Positions 40,675-54,000 of a stretch of DNA of 64,000 nt are shown piece by piece. The notes beneath the pieces were generated by a model, which saw only the letters and a program-made list of their open reading frames with translations, ran no database searches and was not told where the DNA came from. The stretch is from Eledone cirrhosa (lineage: Eukaryota), in contig OZ024740.1 of NCBI GenBank assembly GCA_964016885.1, positions 285,386,001 to 285,450,000 on the forward strand. The letters are read 5' to 3'. Each line of letters begins with the position of its first letter. Position 1 is the first letter of the stretch. The translations under genes and the position numbers were made by a program.

Positions 40675-40868
40675 ATTATTGAGCTATTGTAGTATGAGGT
40701 GGACAGTTAGAGATTATTGAATTAAATAAATTATTACTGGTAGAAGGGGAAAACATGGGATATATCTGTGATAAAAGATAAGGTTAATATATTTAGTGTA
40801 ATATCTAGTGACTGAAATATAGTGGTGGTGACATAAAAAGAGACTGGGTTCAAAGGAGGCTTAGGTTA

Positions 40869-41063
40869 CAAGGGTTGACTGAAAAGTTCATAGGCTGACC
40901 AAGATACTCTTATGGAATGACCAAATGAGGTTTAATTTTCAACATAATCTTTGGAAAGGAACAATGCAGTTATTAGTAAGAGTTGAAATTAATGCATGCA
41001 AGATTTCACAGCTCTAGCATTAATCCTTCATAGTCTGCCTATAAACTTTTCAGCTGACCTTCA
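40869..41063. mobile_element. Mariner-type MITE with ~30-bp TIRs and TA TSD (partial second copy at about 16404-16548)
   Basis: TA-CAAGGGTTGACTGAAAAGTTCATAGGCTGAC...GTCTGCCTATAAACTTTTCAGCTGACCTTCA-TA. Confidence 0.8.
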
Positions 41064-43544
41064 TAGAGTCAGGATTGTGGGAGAGCAGAGCCCATTGTAA
41101 TTTTAGTAGAAAAGACAAAATGTCTTTATTTTAAATGAATGCCAAGTACTTATTTTATCAACCCTGTATAAAGGAAAGGCAAATCAACGTGGTTTAAGTA
41201 TAGAGTAAGATTCAAAAGGTTTAAATGGTAACAAAACATGTGTAATTGATGCAACAACATTGCCTCTTCAAGTGCATATCATTGCTTATTCACATAAACT
41301 TTCTTTTAAACTATAGCAACTCTAAAACAAAGCTTAATTTAAAGGATTGAGTAAGTTGAAAAAGCATTGGCATACAAAATAATGTACAAGTAGTATGGAT
41401 AGTGTTGCTTGGTAGTTGATAATACATTCAAAGGCCACTTAATTGACAATTTGCTTAGTTTTGTTACTTTATTTTGTTTATAAGAGTGGAGTTACTCTAT
41501 AAACAAATGAAGTACATTTGTTTTTAAAGTCCTTAAACCATCAAATGATTTAAGTATTGACATATTTATGGATTCAAATAGACTAGGATTGCACAACAAA
41601 AACAAAAAGCAAAAAATTCTAAAGCAAGGAAAAAGAAAAACAAATGCAACAGCAACAATAACAACACTAACAGCCAAAGGTACTACTCACCCTCATCATC
41701 TTCACTATCAGATAAAAGAGCACTAGTGGTTTGATTGAGGAAGTAATAAACAACAAAAATATATACATCAAGGATGAGGGGTAAATAATTTATACACAAA
41801 ACATCACAACAAATAATTCTCATTCAGACGCTCGTGTCTATATGGTACTCAGAAAAAATACTTACATGACATAAGAATACTTCAGGCAAATATGAAGTGG
41901 AGAACACATATGTGGCTTATGGTGTATATAACCCAATCACCATTGTGCCTTGCTCTGGTTTTTGTTTAATGAGATTAGAGCACCTGCTCTGTCACTTGCA
42001 GAAAGGTTGTTCTTTGTCTGCCATGCCTTTCCATAGCTAATGTTTTTGATGGAGCTGCTGCAGTCCGGTATTAAGTGAAGACCAAGAGTGGATGGACATT
42101 AGCTGGCACCCACATTCCTCTACAAGTCGGGCAATGTCACTGCTGGAACTCCATATTAGCTCTTTATAGCAGATTAGTAGTGATGATGTGATGGCATTCT
42201 CAGGAAAACTGAGCATTAATGAAAATCAAATCCTTGCTCTGTCAGTGCTAGCAGGAAGGATCATTGCCAGGTTGAGAAGTTCTACCAACATGAAAGGGCC
42301 ATCATCTGAGTCTGTCCAAGACATGGACCAAAACAAGGAAAGATTTTTCTGCATGAGCTTGTTAAGTGTTTAAGTACTGCTGTCTTATGGATTTGTATCA
42401 AATAACTGTTGTCGGGAGGGATTCAGCTATTGATGTATCACTCAAGTAGATCCTCCTTCCCCCAACACAGATGAACACAACTGAAAGGAACGAGGTCTGG
42501 CACTTGGCTCTTTAACAAAGCACACATTTTTCTCTTGATCTCCTTCTAGTGCTCTTTTTTCTCTTACATTCCCACTGCAGCATGAAGAGATTGGGGTTTA
42601 GCTTTAGAGTTAGGGTTAAACAGAGAAGGGCAATTTGAAGAGGGAGGGGACAAAAAACAACAACAAAAAAAAAACTGAAATTGTAAAAATGTTATTTGTT
42701 CTTGGGTAATGTCATGTAGCCATCTAGTTATCCTAACCAACAACACTGCCTTCATTTAATGTTCGTTTTTTCCCTGCGAGGAGGGATTAGATGGGTTGTC
42801 AGACTGAACCAGCACTCGAGCAGAGCTTCTTGCTTATATGTATTCCTGCAATCTCTCAAGTATTCAAATGGGCTAGGGGCATGTGTGTCTCTCTTACATA
42901 TGTTTGTGCACTCTACCTAGTGCATTTTATTGTGACACCAACACTAGAGAAATTGTCATGTCTTAAAAAGGGTCCTCCTGATCTTTTGTTTGGAAAATTT
43001 TCTAAGCTGGATGCCCTTTCTATCACCACCACTTTACAGAGATTATTTGGTGCATTTATCATGTAGATACTAGGAATTTTGTTGTGCAATTGACACAACT
43101 GAACAGTCCTCTTTATACTTTTTTGGCATGCTTTCTATAGCTGGACACCTTTCATATTGCTTACCTCTTTACAGAGTGTACTGGGTGCATTTTCGTGGCA
43201 CCAGTACTAGAGAGATGTTGGTCATTGATTCAACTAAAGACCTATCAAGAGTGTGTGTGTGTGTGTGGGGGGGGTATGATAAGCTAAGGGTGAGAAGGAT
43301 GAAGATCATGGATGATAGCATGGTGAGTACTGTGATGATAGCAGCTACATATGACACACTGGTCATAAGAGGTTATGACTGGTATGTCAGGATTTTGGGT
43401 GTGGAGGTAGTTATGGTGGGAATAACTACTAGGGTGTTGTAGTGGAGGGGCCATGAATGGAATGAGGTAGAGTGAAGTTGAAGATAGCTACTAAGAAGTG
43501 AAGGGGCATGTAGATGAGTCGGGTAATATTTTATGCTGGCAGGC

Positions 43545-43910
43545 AGGTCTTCTTTAGTACAGTGTGTCACTAATTCTTACAGTCCTTTGCCTATTCCATT
43601 GTGAGGTTCAGCTTCTTAAGGTCAGTCTTCCCTACCACATCCCATATCCTCCCAGGTTTATCTCTTCCATGAGTCCTCTCCACTGATATTGCTCTGCACT
43701 TCTTTATACAGCTGTCATTTTCCATTCACATCGCATGTCCATACCAAATCAGCTTTCTTTCTTGTGTGCTACATCCAATTCCTCTTTTGCCAAATTCTTC
43801 TCTTAGTTCACATATGCTACACCATTCACACACATTAACATTGCACACCCATCAAAGAATACTCACTTCACTTCTTTCTACCATTCACAAGTCTTCTGCA
43901 GTCAAAATCC
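43545..43910 (-). mobile_element. RTE family 1, decayed 3' fragment
   Basis: Remnants of the WYGHxMRM and MCNV motifs. Homologous to 63260-63500. Confidence 0.65.
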
Positions 43911-45302
43911 AAAATATAATTTCCATCTGGTTCAGTCTTTAAGTATGGTTAGCTCCCTGTATGTTTTCTTAAGGCTGACTCTTTCTATATCAGTCAATAT
44001 GTACAATAAAACCTGTTGGAGGAGTAGATTTGGGGGAATTATTGACTGTTGAATATTATAAATATATGCATATATATAGGTACAGGGATAGCTGTGTGAG
44101 AACTTGAGATAGACTTATTTATTGTAGCATTGCGTTGACCATTGCTTTATTAGTGCAGATACTGAAGCTCATTGTATGCGCGCGCGCCTGTGTTTGTGTC
44201 TTTTTTTGTTGTTCTTTGTTTATTATCAGCAGAAACTGTGTAAGTTACCTCCATATATATATCATAGGTTCTTTAATAATTTGACAAATAGAGATCATTA
44301 AAACACACCAAATTGAAATAAGTATTATAGTCTTTAACAGTGCTGTAATCAATAAGCATACAAAATAGAGCCAGCTTTGGAGAAGAATAACCGTTTTGGT
44401 GGATTTTGTGTGTATGTGTGTGCAGGGTAGAATTATATGCATATCTAATAGCTGTATCAGTAGAGGTCCTGATAGGCAAGCAGATTTTGCAAGTTGGAAG
44501 AATACATGTTGGCAAGAAACCAGAGGCCTGATATAAAGTTTATGAAGCAAGAGAGCTTGCAAACTACGAAACATTCAAAGCATTATTTTTGTATTTCTTG
44601 ATGGTTATTTTACAGGAGTTATTTATGTTGTTCATTCCCAAGACTACTCTGATAGAGTAGACCTATAATCATGGGCATCTTGTGTTTTTTCAGGAATAAT
44701 GTTCTCTTCTTTCTTGTGAGAAAACAACAGAAGTACTTAGCTAAGAATAAGCTCCTTTATTTGTCAATCCAAAAGAGGGTTTTCACAGGCTTCCACACTC
44801 TTGAATCTGGGAATTGTTAAGGAAGCTAGGGATAGATGAATGACTTGCAAGTGTCATACAAGCCATATATAGAGTTGTAGTCTGCAAGGTCAGCAAATTT
44901 AGTGAGCTGGAGGTGTTTACCAATTCCCTTTTAGTCCTTCAGACTAGAAAGAGATGAAGTGAGCACACTCTGTTGGATATATAGTGTTTGTGTACATAAA
45001 GAAGTAGATAGAACTTGTGGAAGAGGAAGACAGGATAAAATGTTACAGACTGATCTTAGGATCATTTCATATTTATTAATAGTTAGTTTTTAATGCTGTA
45101 TGTATAACACAAACACCAGCTTTACCATAAAGTAGTGGGAGGTAATGCAACAGCTGTTGTTAGTGGATATGAAGGTCATCAAATCAAGAAGCAATGTTTT
45201 CTTCTTCTTTCAATCATTAGTCCAATGTATCATAAAACATTTACAATGCTATGGTAATGGTAATAATAAGCTATTGAATGACTCATTGAGTTATCAATTC
45301 AC

Positions 45303-45719
45303 TTTATCCCTCTCATGACTGCATTTCTAATGAAATACACTCTATTGAAATTATTTCATTAGGAAGATAGTAACTTAATATAAGGTTCTTGTATAAAATT
45401 ATGTTGGATAATTTTTTATTTAAATTGGAAACCTTTAAAATGGGTGGCTTTATTTCATAGAACTGGAGCTGGTTTTGGCCAGGCTGATAATTAAAGGGTT
45501 ATTTTGAATTGTAACCTTTTTGTTAACAGCCTGTTCAAAACTGCCTTTGTTTCTATGAAATAAAACTAACCTTTTTAAAGTGTTCCAATTTAAATTAAAA
45601 GCTTATCTTTTGTTAAGTCAAATACCATCTTAATAATGAAATAACTAATAATTTTAGTAAATTCCTCAAAATTCTTCATACAGTATATTTCATTAGATAC
45701 ATGGTAATAAAAGGATTAA
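45303..45719. mobile_element. Two copies of a second TTAA-type MITE in inverted orientation (related copy at about 32820-33040)
   Basis: 45303-45501 is the diverged reverse complement of 45511-45719, with a ~10-bp spacer. Confidence 0.6.
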
Positions 45720-45899
45720 TGAAAATAGTATAAAACATGGAGATAAAACAACGATTATTTTTATGTCATCAGACCATGAACATTGAATTTTCCAGTTGGG
45801 TTTTAACAATTCTGAAAATATTTTATATGAAAATCTTAATTATTCAGAATCAGTGAAAAAGTTTGAGGAACAAATATTTTTACAAAACAACCTACTGCG

Positions 45900-47803
45900 A
45901 ACTACTGATGAGATTTGTGGCTGGTGCTTTGTTCCAGCCAGGCAGAGGGTGACCTGGTGGTGGTACAGCACAGTAGATAGTCATTAAGGTCAAGAAACAG
46001 GTGTGGAAAGACTGGAAAATGGGGATAGCAGAGACCTGTATCATTAGCTAAGAGAGAAGCTATGTAGGTGATAAGTATACATAACATAGAAAAAGGTTGA
46101 AAGAACAAACATTGCCAATGTCATGCAATGGGAGGATCATAGACATGAAGTGTTCTGCATTGCAAGACAGTGTGTCAGTGTGAATTGAGATGTTGTTGGG
46201 GAAAAGTATGTTTGAAATGGTACCACTGCAAAAGAAAAAGACTGGAAAATGTTACTATGAGATGCTGATGAATGTGAAGAATGAGTGGGAGGAAGAGAGA
46301 CTAACGCCAGCCAACCCAGCAGAGGACCCAGCTATTGAAATTGACAGTTATAGGTTTGAAGAAGCAATCAAAGAGATGAAGAATAGTAAAGCTGCAGGAC
46401 CATCAAAGATAGTTGCCAAGATGCTAAAAGCACTGAGATAAGTAGGAGCTGAACTAATCACCTGCATAGTCAATCAGGATGGCGTTATACTCAATGACTA
46501 GTGATGCTGTAGAAAGGAACAACTACAGAGGAATAAAACTAATGGACCAAGTTATGAAAGTGACAGAAAGCGTTCTAGCTCAGCTAATTAGAGAAAGAGT
46601 CAAATTAGACGAGATACAGCTTGGCTTTATACCTAATAAAAATACTATAGATGCCCTCTTCCTAGTGAGATAACTACAAGAAAAGTTCTTAGCCAAGAAT
46701 AAGCTGCTATATTTAGCTTTTGTCGATCTAGAAAAGTCCTTTGACAGAGTTCCTCGATTTGTCATCTGGTGGTCTTTAAGGAAATTAGGTGAAGAATGGC
46801 TGCTGAGAGCAGTGCAAGCCATTTACAGAGGAGGTAGGAGTTCATCAGTGTTTGGTCCTCAGCCCACTTCTGTTCATTATGGTTTTCCAGGCCATAACAG
46901 GAGCTTAAGACTGGTTATCCATGGGAACTCCTTTATGCTGATGATCTGCTTCTTAGAGCTGAATCCATAGAAGAACTAGAGAATAAGTTCCAACAGTAGA
47001 AACCAAATTTAAAATCAAAATATCTAAGAGAAAGAAGATTAGACCCTGATTCCACCAGGGAAGTGGATAAATTTGATATGCAGAAAAGGAGTAAATATAA
47101 ATTCTATCTGATATATACAATGCAAATCTTGAGTACACAAGAAGTATAGTTGGATTGCAAGCATACTTACTGGAAAGGAAGACTTTGTATGTAATAGATG
47201 CACAGGGGTAATTGCTAGTAACAGGGGCAGAGATATAAACCTTTTCCAATCACATGAAGGATCCATAGAAGTGGTTGATATCTTTTGCTACCTAGGTGAT
47301 CTAATTAGCAGTGGAAGTGGTTGGTCCGAGAGCAGAGTAGTTATAATAAGGATAAGATGGAAGAAGTTTAGAGACCTATTTCCTTTGTTTACACCAAGAT
47401 GTTTCTCTCTATGAATGAAATGACAGCTCTGTGTAAAGTGTGATACTGCATTGTAGTGAAACATGGGCAGTGACCACAGGAGAGAAATGAAGTAAGCATG
47501 CATTGATGGATGTACATTGTAAATGTGAGAGAATGACAGCTTGGATGAACTGAAAATAACTGGATTTTAGAGGAATCAGAAGTAGTGTGCAAGAGAGAAG
47601 ATTGCATTGGTATCGATATGTGATGTGCCTGGATGATGATTGCTGGGTGAAGAAGTGTGAAGAAATTCTAGTAGAAGAGCTAGGCAGTGCTGAGAGTTGA
47701 TTTTGAATCACTGAAACTCACAGAGAAGATGAAAAAGGAACATGACAAGTGGAGAGATGGTGTATTGCAAGCATGGAAAAATGGACATAAAAACAATGAT
47801 GAT
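45900..47803 (+). mobile_element. RTE family 1, long decayed copy
   Basis: KAAGPS, NYRGIKLM, AFVDLEKSFDRVP, ELLYADDL, Cys-rich insert, YLGD and an ATG-type tail, with many stops. Confidence 0.85.
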
Positions 47804-47902
47804 GTCTTAACTTGAATGTTCTGAGTCAAATATGAGGGGGTTAAATGTTAAACCATGTCTCAGAGCTTTACTCAGCCTATTAGTTTAACTATATATATTT
47901 AA

Positions 47903-48108
47903 CCCTTTAATGTTCAAACCGGCCAGAATTCTCTACCTCTTTCTGTTGAAACTGGCTGTAACTGGTCGCTCAAACTGATGTTAAGGTATTGTTCTCAAAA
48001 TAAATACTTTCAAAATCCCATAGATTCAATATTATGTGAGATATATGAGGTAAAGCCTTTACCATGAAAATATAATAATATATATAGAGTAATGTGAATG
48101 CTAAAGGG
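47903..48108. mobile_element. TTAA-flanked MITE (variant left end shared with the 28415 copy)
   Basis: TTAA-CCCTTTAATGTTCAAACC...GCTAAAGGG-TTAA. Confidence 0.85.
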
Positions 48109-48439
48109 TTAAATGTGAATTAGTTAATAGAAACACAGTATTTGCTGCAGTACTATTTGAAAAATATCGGTGAAATTAGACTGAATTAATTGTTGAATAT
48201 GATAAATTTCCGAAGTGTGAAATAATATAATGTAGTTATAAATAGTATAATTGGAAGGTTTGGATTTCAATAAGTGTACAGAAAAGTTATAGTGGTAAAT
48301 TACTCCTTAGTGAAATAAGAGTTCTATGCATGCAGTTGATTGGGACGTGTATAAATTTTGTAAGAAGAGCTGCCTGTGCACATGTAATGAGAGAGAGTGT
48401 GTGTGTATCATCACCAGCATTTAACATCCGCTTTCCTTG

Positions 48440-48475
<36 letters not shown>

Positions 48476-49052
48476 AACAAGGGGAAGAAGAATACTGCAT
48501 GGTTGCACATGGATTACATATTATAAAATTAGTCCCTCATCAGTGATTTTGCCAACCATCATTGGTATTTCATCGCATTAAAAATCAGATACCTCAGGTT
48601 GGTGCGAGCAATAACTAAAATAAGCTATTGGGACAAGTGATACGCGTAAAGCGAGTGAGACAAGTAAACAACAGAAGGAAAAGCAAACCGAAGGTTGGAA
48701 AACAGCAAGCCACATGGTAGTTATCCGATCAGCATAAACTGGGTGAATTTCATGAGCGGTCAGAGAAGCAGACCGTACGCCGTGAGTGCGGTGTGAGAAA
48801 GAAGGAACCCCACTAGTAGCGTATATATAAACATCCAGTTGACTTAACCATTGTTTTTTCAGTTGTGCTAACTGATGCAAATAATTGTACATTTATTGGA
48901 GTATTAAAAAGATAACTACAAATAAATATCTATGATTGTGTCATGTCCTCTACTTACTGAAAAATGAAAATATTTTTTGTTTGCTAATATTATTGTTTCC
49001 TTTTCCCATAGCATATTTATTTCAAAATAGCCTTTTAACTTTAGCTTTTTAA

Positions 49053-49265
49053 CCCTTTAGCATTTATATTACTCTATATTTACTATTATATTTTCATGGT
49101 AAAGGCTTTACCTCACATAATATCTCACCTAATATCAAATTTATGAGATTTTGATATTATTCATTTTGAGAACAGCATCAGTAAGAGTGGCTGATTATGG
49201 CCAGTTTGAACTAAAAGAGGTGAGAGAATTCTGGCCGAATACAGCCAGGTTTAAATGCTAAAGGG
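49053..49265. mobile_element. TTAA-type MITE, opposite orientation to the 47903 copy
   Basis: CCCTTTAGCATTTA...TAAATGCTAAAGGG. Confidence 0.85.
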
Positions 49266-51194
49266 TAAATGTTATATGCTTTGTCCAGGAACACATCACA
49301 AAATGTTTGTATTAGTAGTAGTAATATGGGAATTTTTTTCACCTCTAGACCAGCAGCTTATGCCCCCCTCCTCCATTGCGTACACACACAACATAAAACC
49401 TGTACAATATCTTCTCAATGTCAAGACCTCTATTTTTATCATGACACTTTATGATTATGCCACTTTTATTTTGTCCCAAAATAGACTAAGCTGATTGTTA
49501 TTTTGTTAGTTGTTAAAACAATCTTGTGTAGAGTTGCTTCTTTTTTAAACTGATGACTTAGCAGGTGTTATATTTTTATGTAAGAAAACACTGGAGTTAC
49601 TTTTGTTTTTACATGAGAAAATATTTGCTCATGCCAATAATGAATTACAGTTTAAAAGACTTGAATATTTGTATGAGTTGTTAGAACAAATGTTTTACAG
49701 CCTAATTCACTTCTCTTCTGGATATGTATTTTTTTCTCCTTATTTATTTTACTAGCCATGTATTAATTTAAAATATAAAAAAAGGTGCATAAAAAAAAAA
49801 AAGTATGATACACTATTTACAAAGAAAATGATAGATATTAGCAGATTGGTTGATTGAGCTATTTTTAAATATTGTGAAAACCTCGTATTAAAGTTATGGA
49901 TAATGCTGACAAAATTGGTGGGTCCTGAATTCTAGTTAAAATTACTTTATTTAAATATTATCCACTTGAATTTTTGGATATTATCAACATTTTCAAGTAA
50001 GCAACTATACAACCCCTATAATCAAAGAAAAGCATGCTAGTTACAGATGCATGGTAGGTGATGGTAATGGTAGTGGCAGAAATTGTATGTTAGTATTAGG
50101 ATCGGAGAAACTAGTGTGTTGACTTTGGTCTGTGGAATTGAACTATTCTGTTATGTCTGAGCCCCTCATGAGATGGACAGTTAAAAACATCGGTTGGCAT
50201 AATCAAGTCAGCTCTTGTGAACTATTATCTGGGCTTTACTTATATAGTGCCCACTGGATCTTCTATTTATTTAAATAGAAGGTCCAGATATTGTTATAAT
50301 ATCTGCTTAATGTTAGTGATCATAATAACTGACTGTATTGTAATGCAAATATTATGTGAATATAAGAACCAGTAAAACTACTGATTTTTACATCACATAT
50401 GTGCTGTAGTGTTTATTGTAAGAGAGAGAGATCAGAAACTATAGTTTGCATTTATCTTATTGATACTGATGATGAGAAAGAAAAAATTTCAATGCCTCTG
50501 ATAGTGGTGTGTAGGAAGGGAGGAAGAACTTAGTAAGAAGCAGTGCATCAAGATATCAAATTATTCTCAGCAGGGCTGAATCAATTATTGGGTTACTGGA
50601 CAGTGAAAATGTGCCAACTCTGATTAAAAGTAAAATTGTAATATAACAAGTTAAAAATTCCAATTTCACAGAGACTAATTTGAATATGGGTCATTAGTGT
50701 TTATGAAATGTTTGACTATATGTAGTGGTTTATGATATCCTTCAGCTTAAAAAGGAGATAAATGTGAAAAAAATAAAATAAATACAAAACATGATATCAA
50801 GTCAATAAAGTTAGCACCAGTTAAACAAGGGGTATAGTACTTGATTCCTAGTATCATTTTCTTTCTCTTTCTGTTCTTCATTGTCCTTATAGAAATAAAA
50901 ACCAAGCTGTTGACATATTTTGAAGTTATTTAGCAGTTGATAGGATTAGTACTTTATTTTATCAACACCTGAAGGCAGAGCTGCCTTTGACAAGGATATG
51001 AACTGGAACAAATGACAGAAAGCATTTTCCCCAAGCTCTAATGACTGCCAATTCACTGATTTAAAAAAAAGCAATCTGTCATTTAAATTTATATTCTATA
51101 TATAAGTCTTATTAAATTCATCTATTTCTTTTTATATTTGTGGCTTGTGTCATTATTACTATTGATGTTTATATCTTTGGTTTATCTTTTGTAG

Positions 51195-51319
51195 ATGGCT
51201 TCCGAAAAGTTATCAATTTAGAGCAAGGCTCCCTCAAGACAGAAAAGGATAATTTACAGTTTCAACACAACTATTTTGTGAAAGGAAAAGAAAACTTGCT
51301 GGAATTAATTAAAAGAAAA
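51195..51319 (+). CDS. HSF1: Heat shock transcription factor, next exon completing the DNA-binding domain ((Y)[41 protein letters not shown])
   Basis: TTTTGTAG acceptor ending at 51194 and GTAAGT donor at 51320. Phase matches the previous exon (T+AT = Tyr). GFRK...FQHxxF...LLxxIKRK is the HSF wing and C-terminal DBD motif. Confidence 0.95.
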
Positions 51320-51799
51320 GTAAGTTGAAAGAAATGTTATAAGAAAAGCTGTTTACTGTTTGGCACCAATATTTTATTAGGTTACAAATACATTAGATCT
51401 TAAAATAGAACTGGTAGTCTTTGACTTTCATTTCTGTTTATGTTAGTGTAGCTTCAAGTTTCTTAATCAAAGTTAATTAACTTGCTGTTAAGAATTGTAC
51501 TTAAAAGTTGGTAAACATTGCTACTATTTAATTAGTTGCCTTGAAAACAATATGGACATGTGGTTTGGAGGTTTACTTTCTCATCTTAAGTGTGTGTATG
51601 AGTGAACGATAAAGAGGAAATTGATTGCATAGAGGGCAACGTGTTTTGGGCCAAGCTGGAATAAAGTATCATCCAGACAAAAGGTAATTTGCTGGTAGAT
51701 TAGTACTTTATATAGAATCATAAAAGCAAAAGGCATGCCAAAAATAACAGGAAGAAAGGACAATATCATGTAGCTAGAAGAGAATCTAGATGGCAGATT

Positions 51800-53275
51800 C
51801 ACATAGCACAGAAAAAAACAAAAAAACAATGTTTGCCAATGTTCTACAATTTGAGGTTCAGAGAATTGTGGTGTTCCAGATTACAAGACTGGGTATTAGT
51901 ATAAATCAAGATGTTGTTGGGGGAAAAGTGTGTAGGAATGACTCTGGTACACTTAGCCTCACTGATGCACAGAAGAAAGAAACATAGAAATGTTATTAGA
52001 GGTTACTAAATGTGGAGAAAGTATAGGATAAGGGATTATCTCCAGGAGACGAAACAAAGGACCAAGCTATTGAGATCACAAAATATATGGTTATGGATGT
52101 TATTAAGGATATGGAGAAAGGAAAAGCTGTTGGAATAGTCACAGTGATGCTGAAATATCTAGTGAGGTAAGGCTTTAGTCAACCAGATAATACATGGTGT
52201 TCTACCTGCTTAATGTCATAATCATGCCATTAACTGCTACAATGGAAAAGGAAATGCACTAGAAAGAAGCATCAATAGACCAAGTTTTAGCTCAGTTGCT
52301 TAGGAATAGAATTAGATTAGATGAGATGCAATTTGGATGTGTCCAAGCCAGAATACAGCTTATGCCTTCCTTTTAGTGAGACAACTGCAAAAGAAGTTTC
52401 CAGCATTCACTAACTTAGAGAAATCCTTTAACAGAATGGTACACTCAACTAGGCATAAATGAATGGCTTGTTAGAGCAGTATAGGTCATGTTTAGAGAAT
52501 CTGCCAGTAAAGTGAGTGTTGGTATGTATCAAAGTTCAGTCATCACTCTCCTTCTGTTTGTTATAGTGTCCATTATTGGTTGTTCATGTTAACTGCTGTA
52601 TACTGACGACCTATGACCTATTTTTTATAGCCCGATCTGTCGAAGAAATTCTAGTTGTGGAAACAAAACTTAGTATCAAAAAGACTCTTCATCAGGAAAA
52701 TGGCTATGTTCGATATGCAGAAAAAGAGTAGGCAGGAATTCTATATGGTATACTCAATGTGAAATATGGGTTCACAAAAAGTGTAATGGGATTACAGGCA
52801 GGTTAATAAACAAAAACGTATGTGGCACATGCATAAGGATAATTGGTAGTAAGATCACCAGTAAAATAGACTTTTTCTACTCCAGAGAAGGTTCAATAGA
52901 AGTAGTTGACAACTTTTGTTACTTAGGTTTTCTAATTAGCAGTAGATGAGGTTGCTCTGTATATCTTAGTAACTAGAATAAAAATACAGTGGGAAAAAAA
53001 TGTAAGGAGTGGCTACCTTTGTTAGCAATGAAGGTATTCTTTTTCTAAACAAATGGTAGATTGCATATGATGTCTCTATACATAGTACAATGCCGCATGA
53101 TAGAGAGGTATGGGCACTAAATGATGAGGATATGCAAAGGCTAGAAAGTAATGAATCATAATCATGCCATTAACTGCTACAATGGAAAAGGGATGTGTAA
53201 TGTTAGCATACATGAATGAAGAAGTACAGTTAAGTTCAGAGAAAAACTGTGTATAAGAAGACTCATGAATGTACA
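51800..53275 (+). mobile_element. RTE family 1, highly decayed copy
   Basis: Collinear with 45900-47803: LEKSF, LLYTDDL, Cys-rich insert and VDNFCYLG. Confidence 0.75.
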
Positions 53276-53524
53276 TCATCATTTAAAGTCGTGTTTTCCA
53301 CATAACTGAAAAATTCTTTTGACTTTTTTTTTTGGCATGGTTTCCAATAGCCAGCCACTTTACAAGGCGCAATTTTCATCAACACTAGAGAGGTTGTCAT
53401 TCATTGACAAGCATCATACACCCTTCTCTGAGAGAAGGTTTTTGTTTTAGAAGTCTCTTCTAACTCTAGTTACTACACTTTCTGAACTGATTAAGTTACT
53501 GAAGTAGCAAAAGCTGTCACAACC

Positions 53525-54000
53525 TATAGGGAGCCATCCAGTCAATTGAGGGAATCTATTTCACATGTGCCCTTGATGCATATTTCTCCTGTACATTTGC
53601 TGCATACAAAACTGCATTCTTTGTAAATCTGCCTGTAATCCAACTACATCTTTTGTACATCCATAGATTGTATTGTGTGCACCTTATGCAATTTCTGTCT
53701 ACTCCTTTTTAACATATAGACTAAAGTCAATGACACCATCCTATATGATTTGATTGATTTTGTGTCTGCCTAGTTCATAACCTACCATGCTGGATTTTTT
53801 AGCATCTTAACAGCTACACCAAATGGTCCAGCTGCCTTCCCTATCTTCAAATCCTGATTCACTTTGTCTATCATACTGCTGTCAACTTTTGTGGCTGCAT
53901 CCTCAATTGGGTCTGTTTGTAGCTGGCCACCACTATCTCATTTATTCTCTTCTTTCAACAGTCTTTTGTAATATGACTTCCATGCTTATTTCTTGATATC
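53525..54000 (-). mobile_element. RTE family 1, decayed internally deleted fragment
   Basis: KAAGPFG remnant and the Cys-rich insert on the minus strand. Confidence 0.55.

Noticed and set aside
42180-42300. Minus-strand LLNLAMILPAST..FSLM, resembling a hAT dimerisation motif
   Set aside because: Too short and degraded to call without an alignment.
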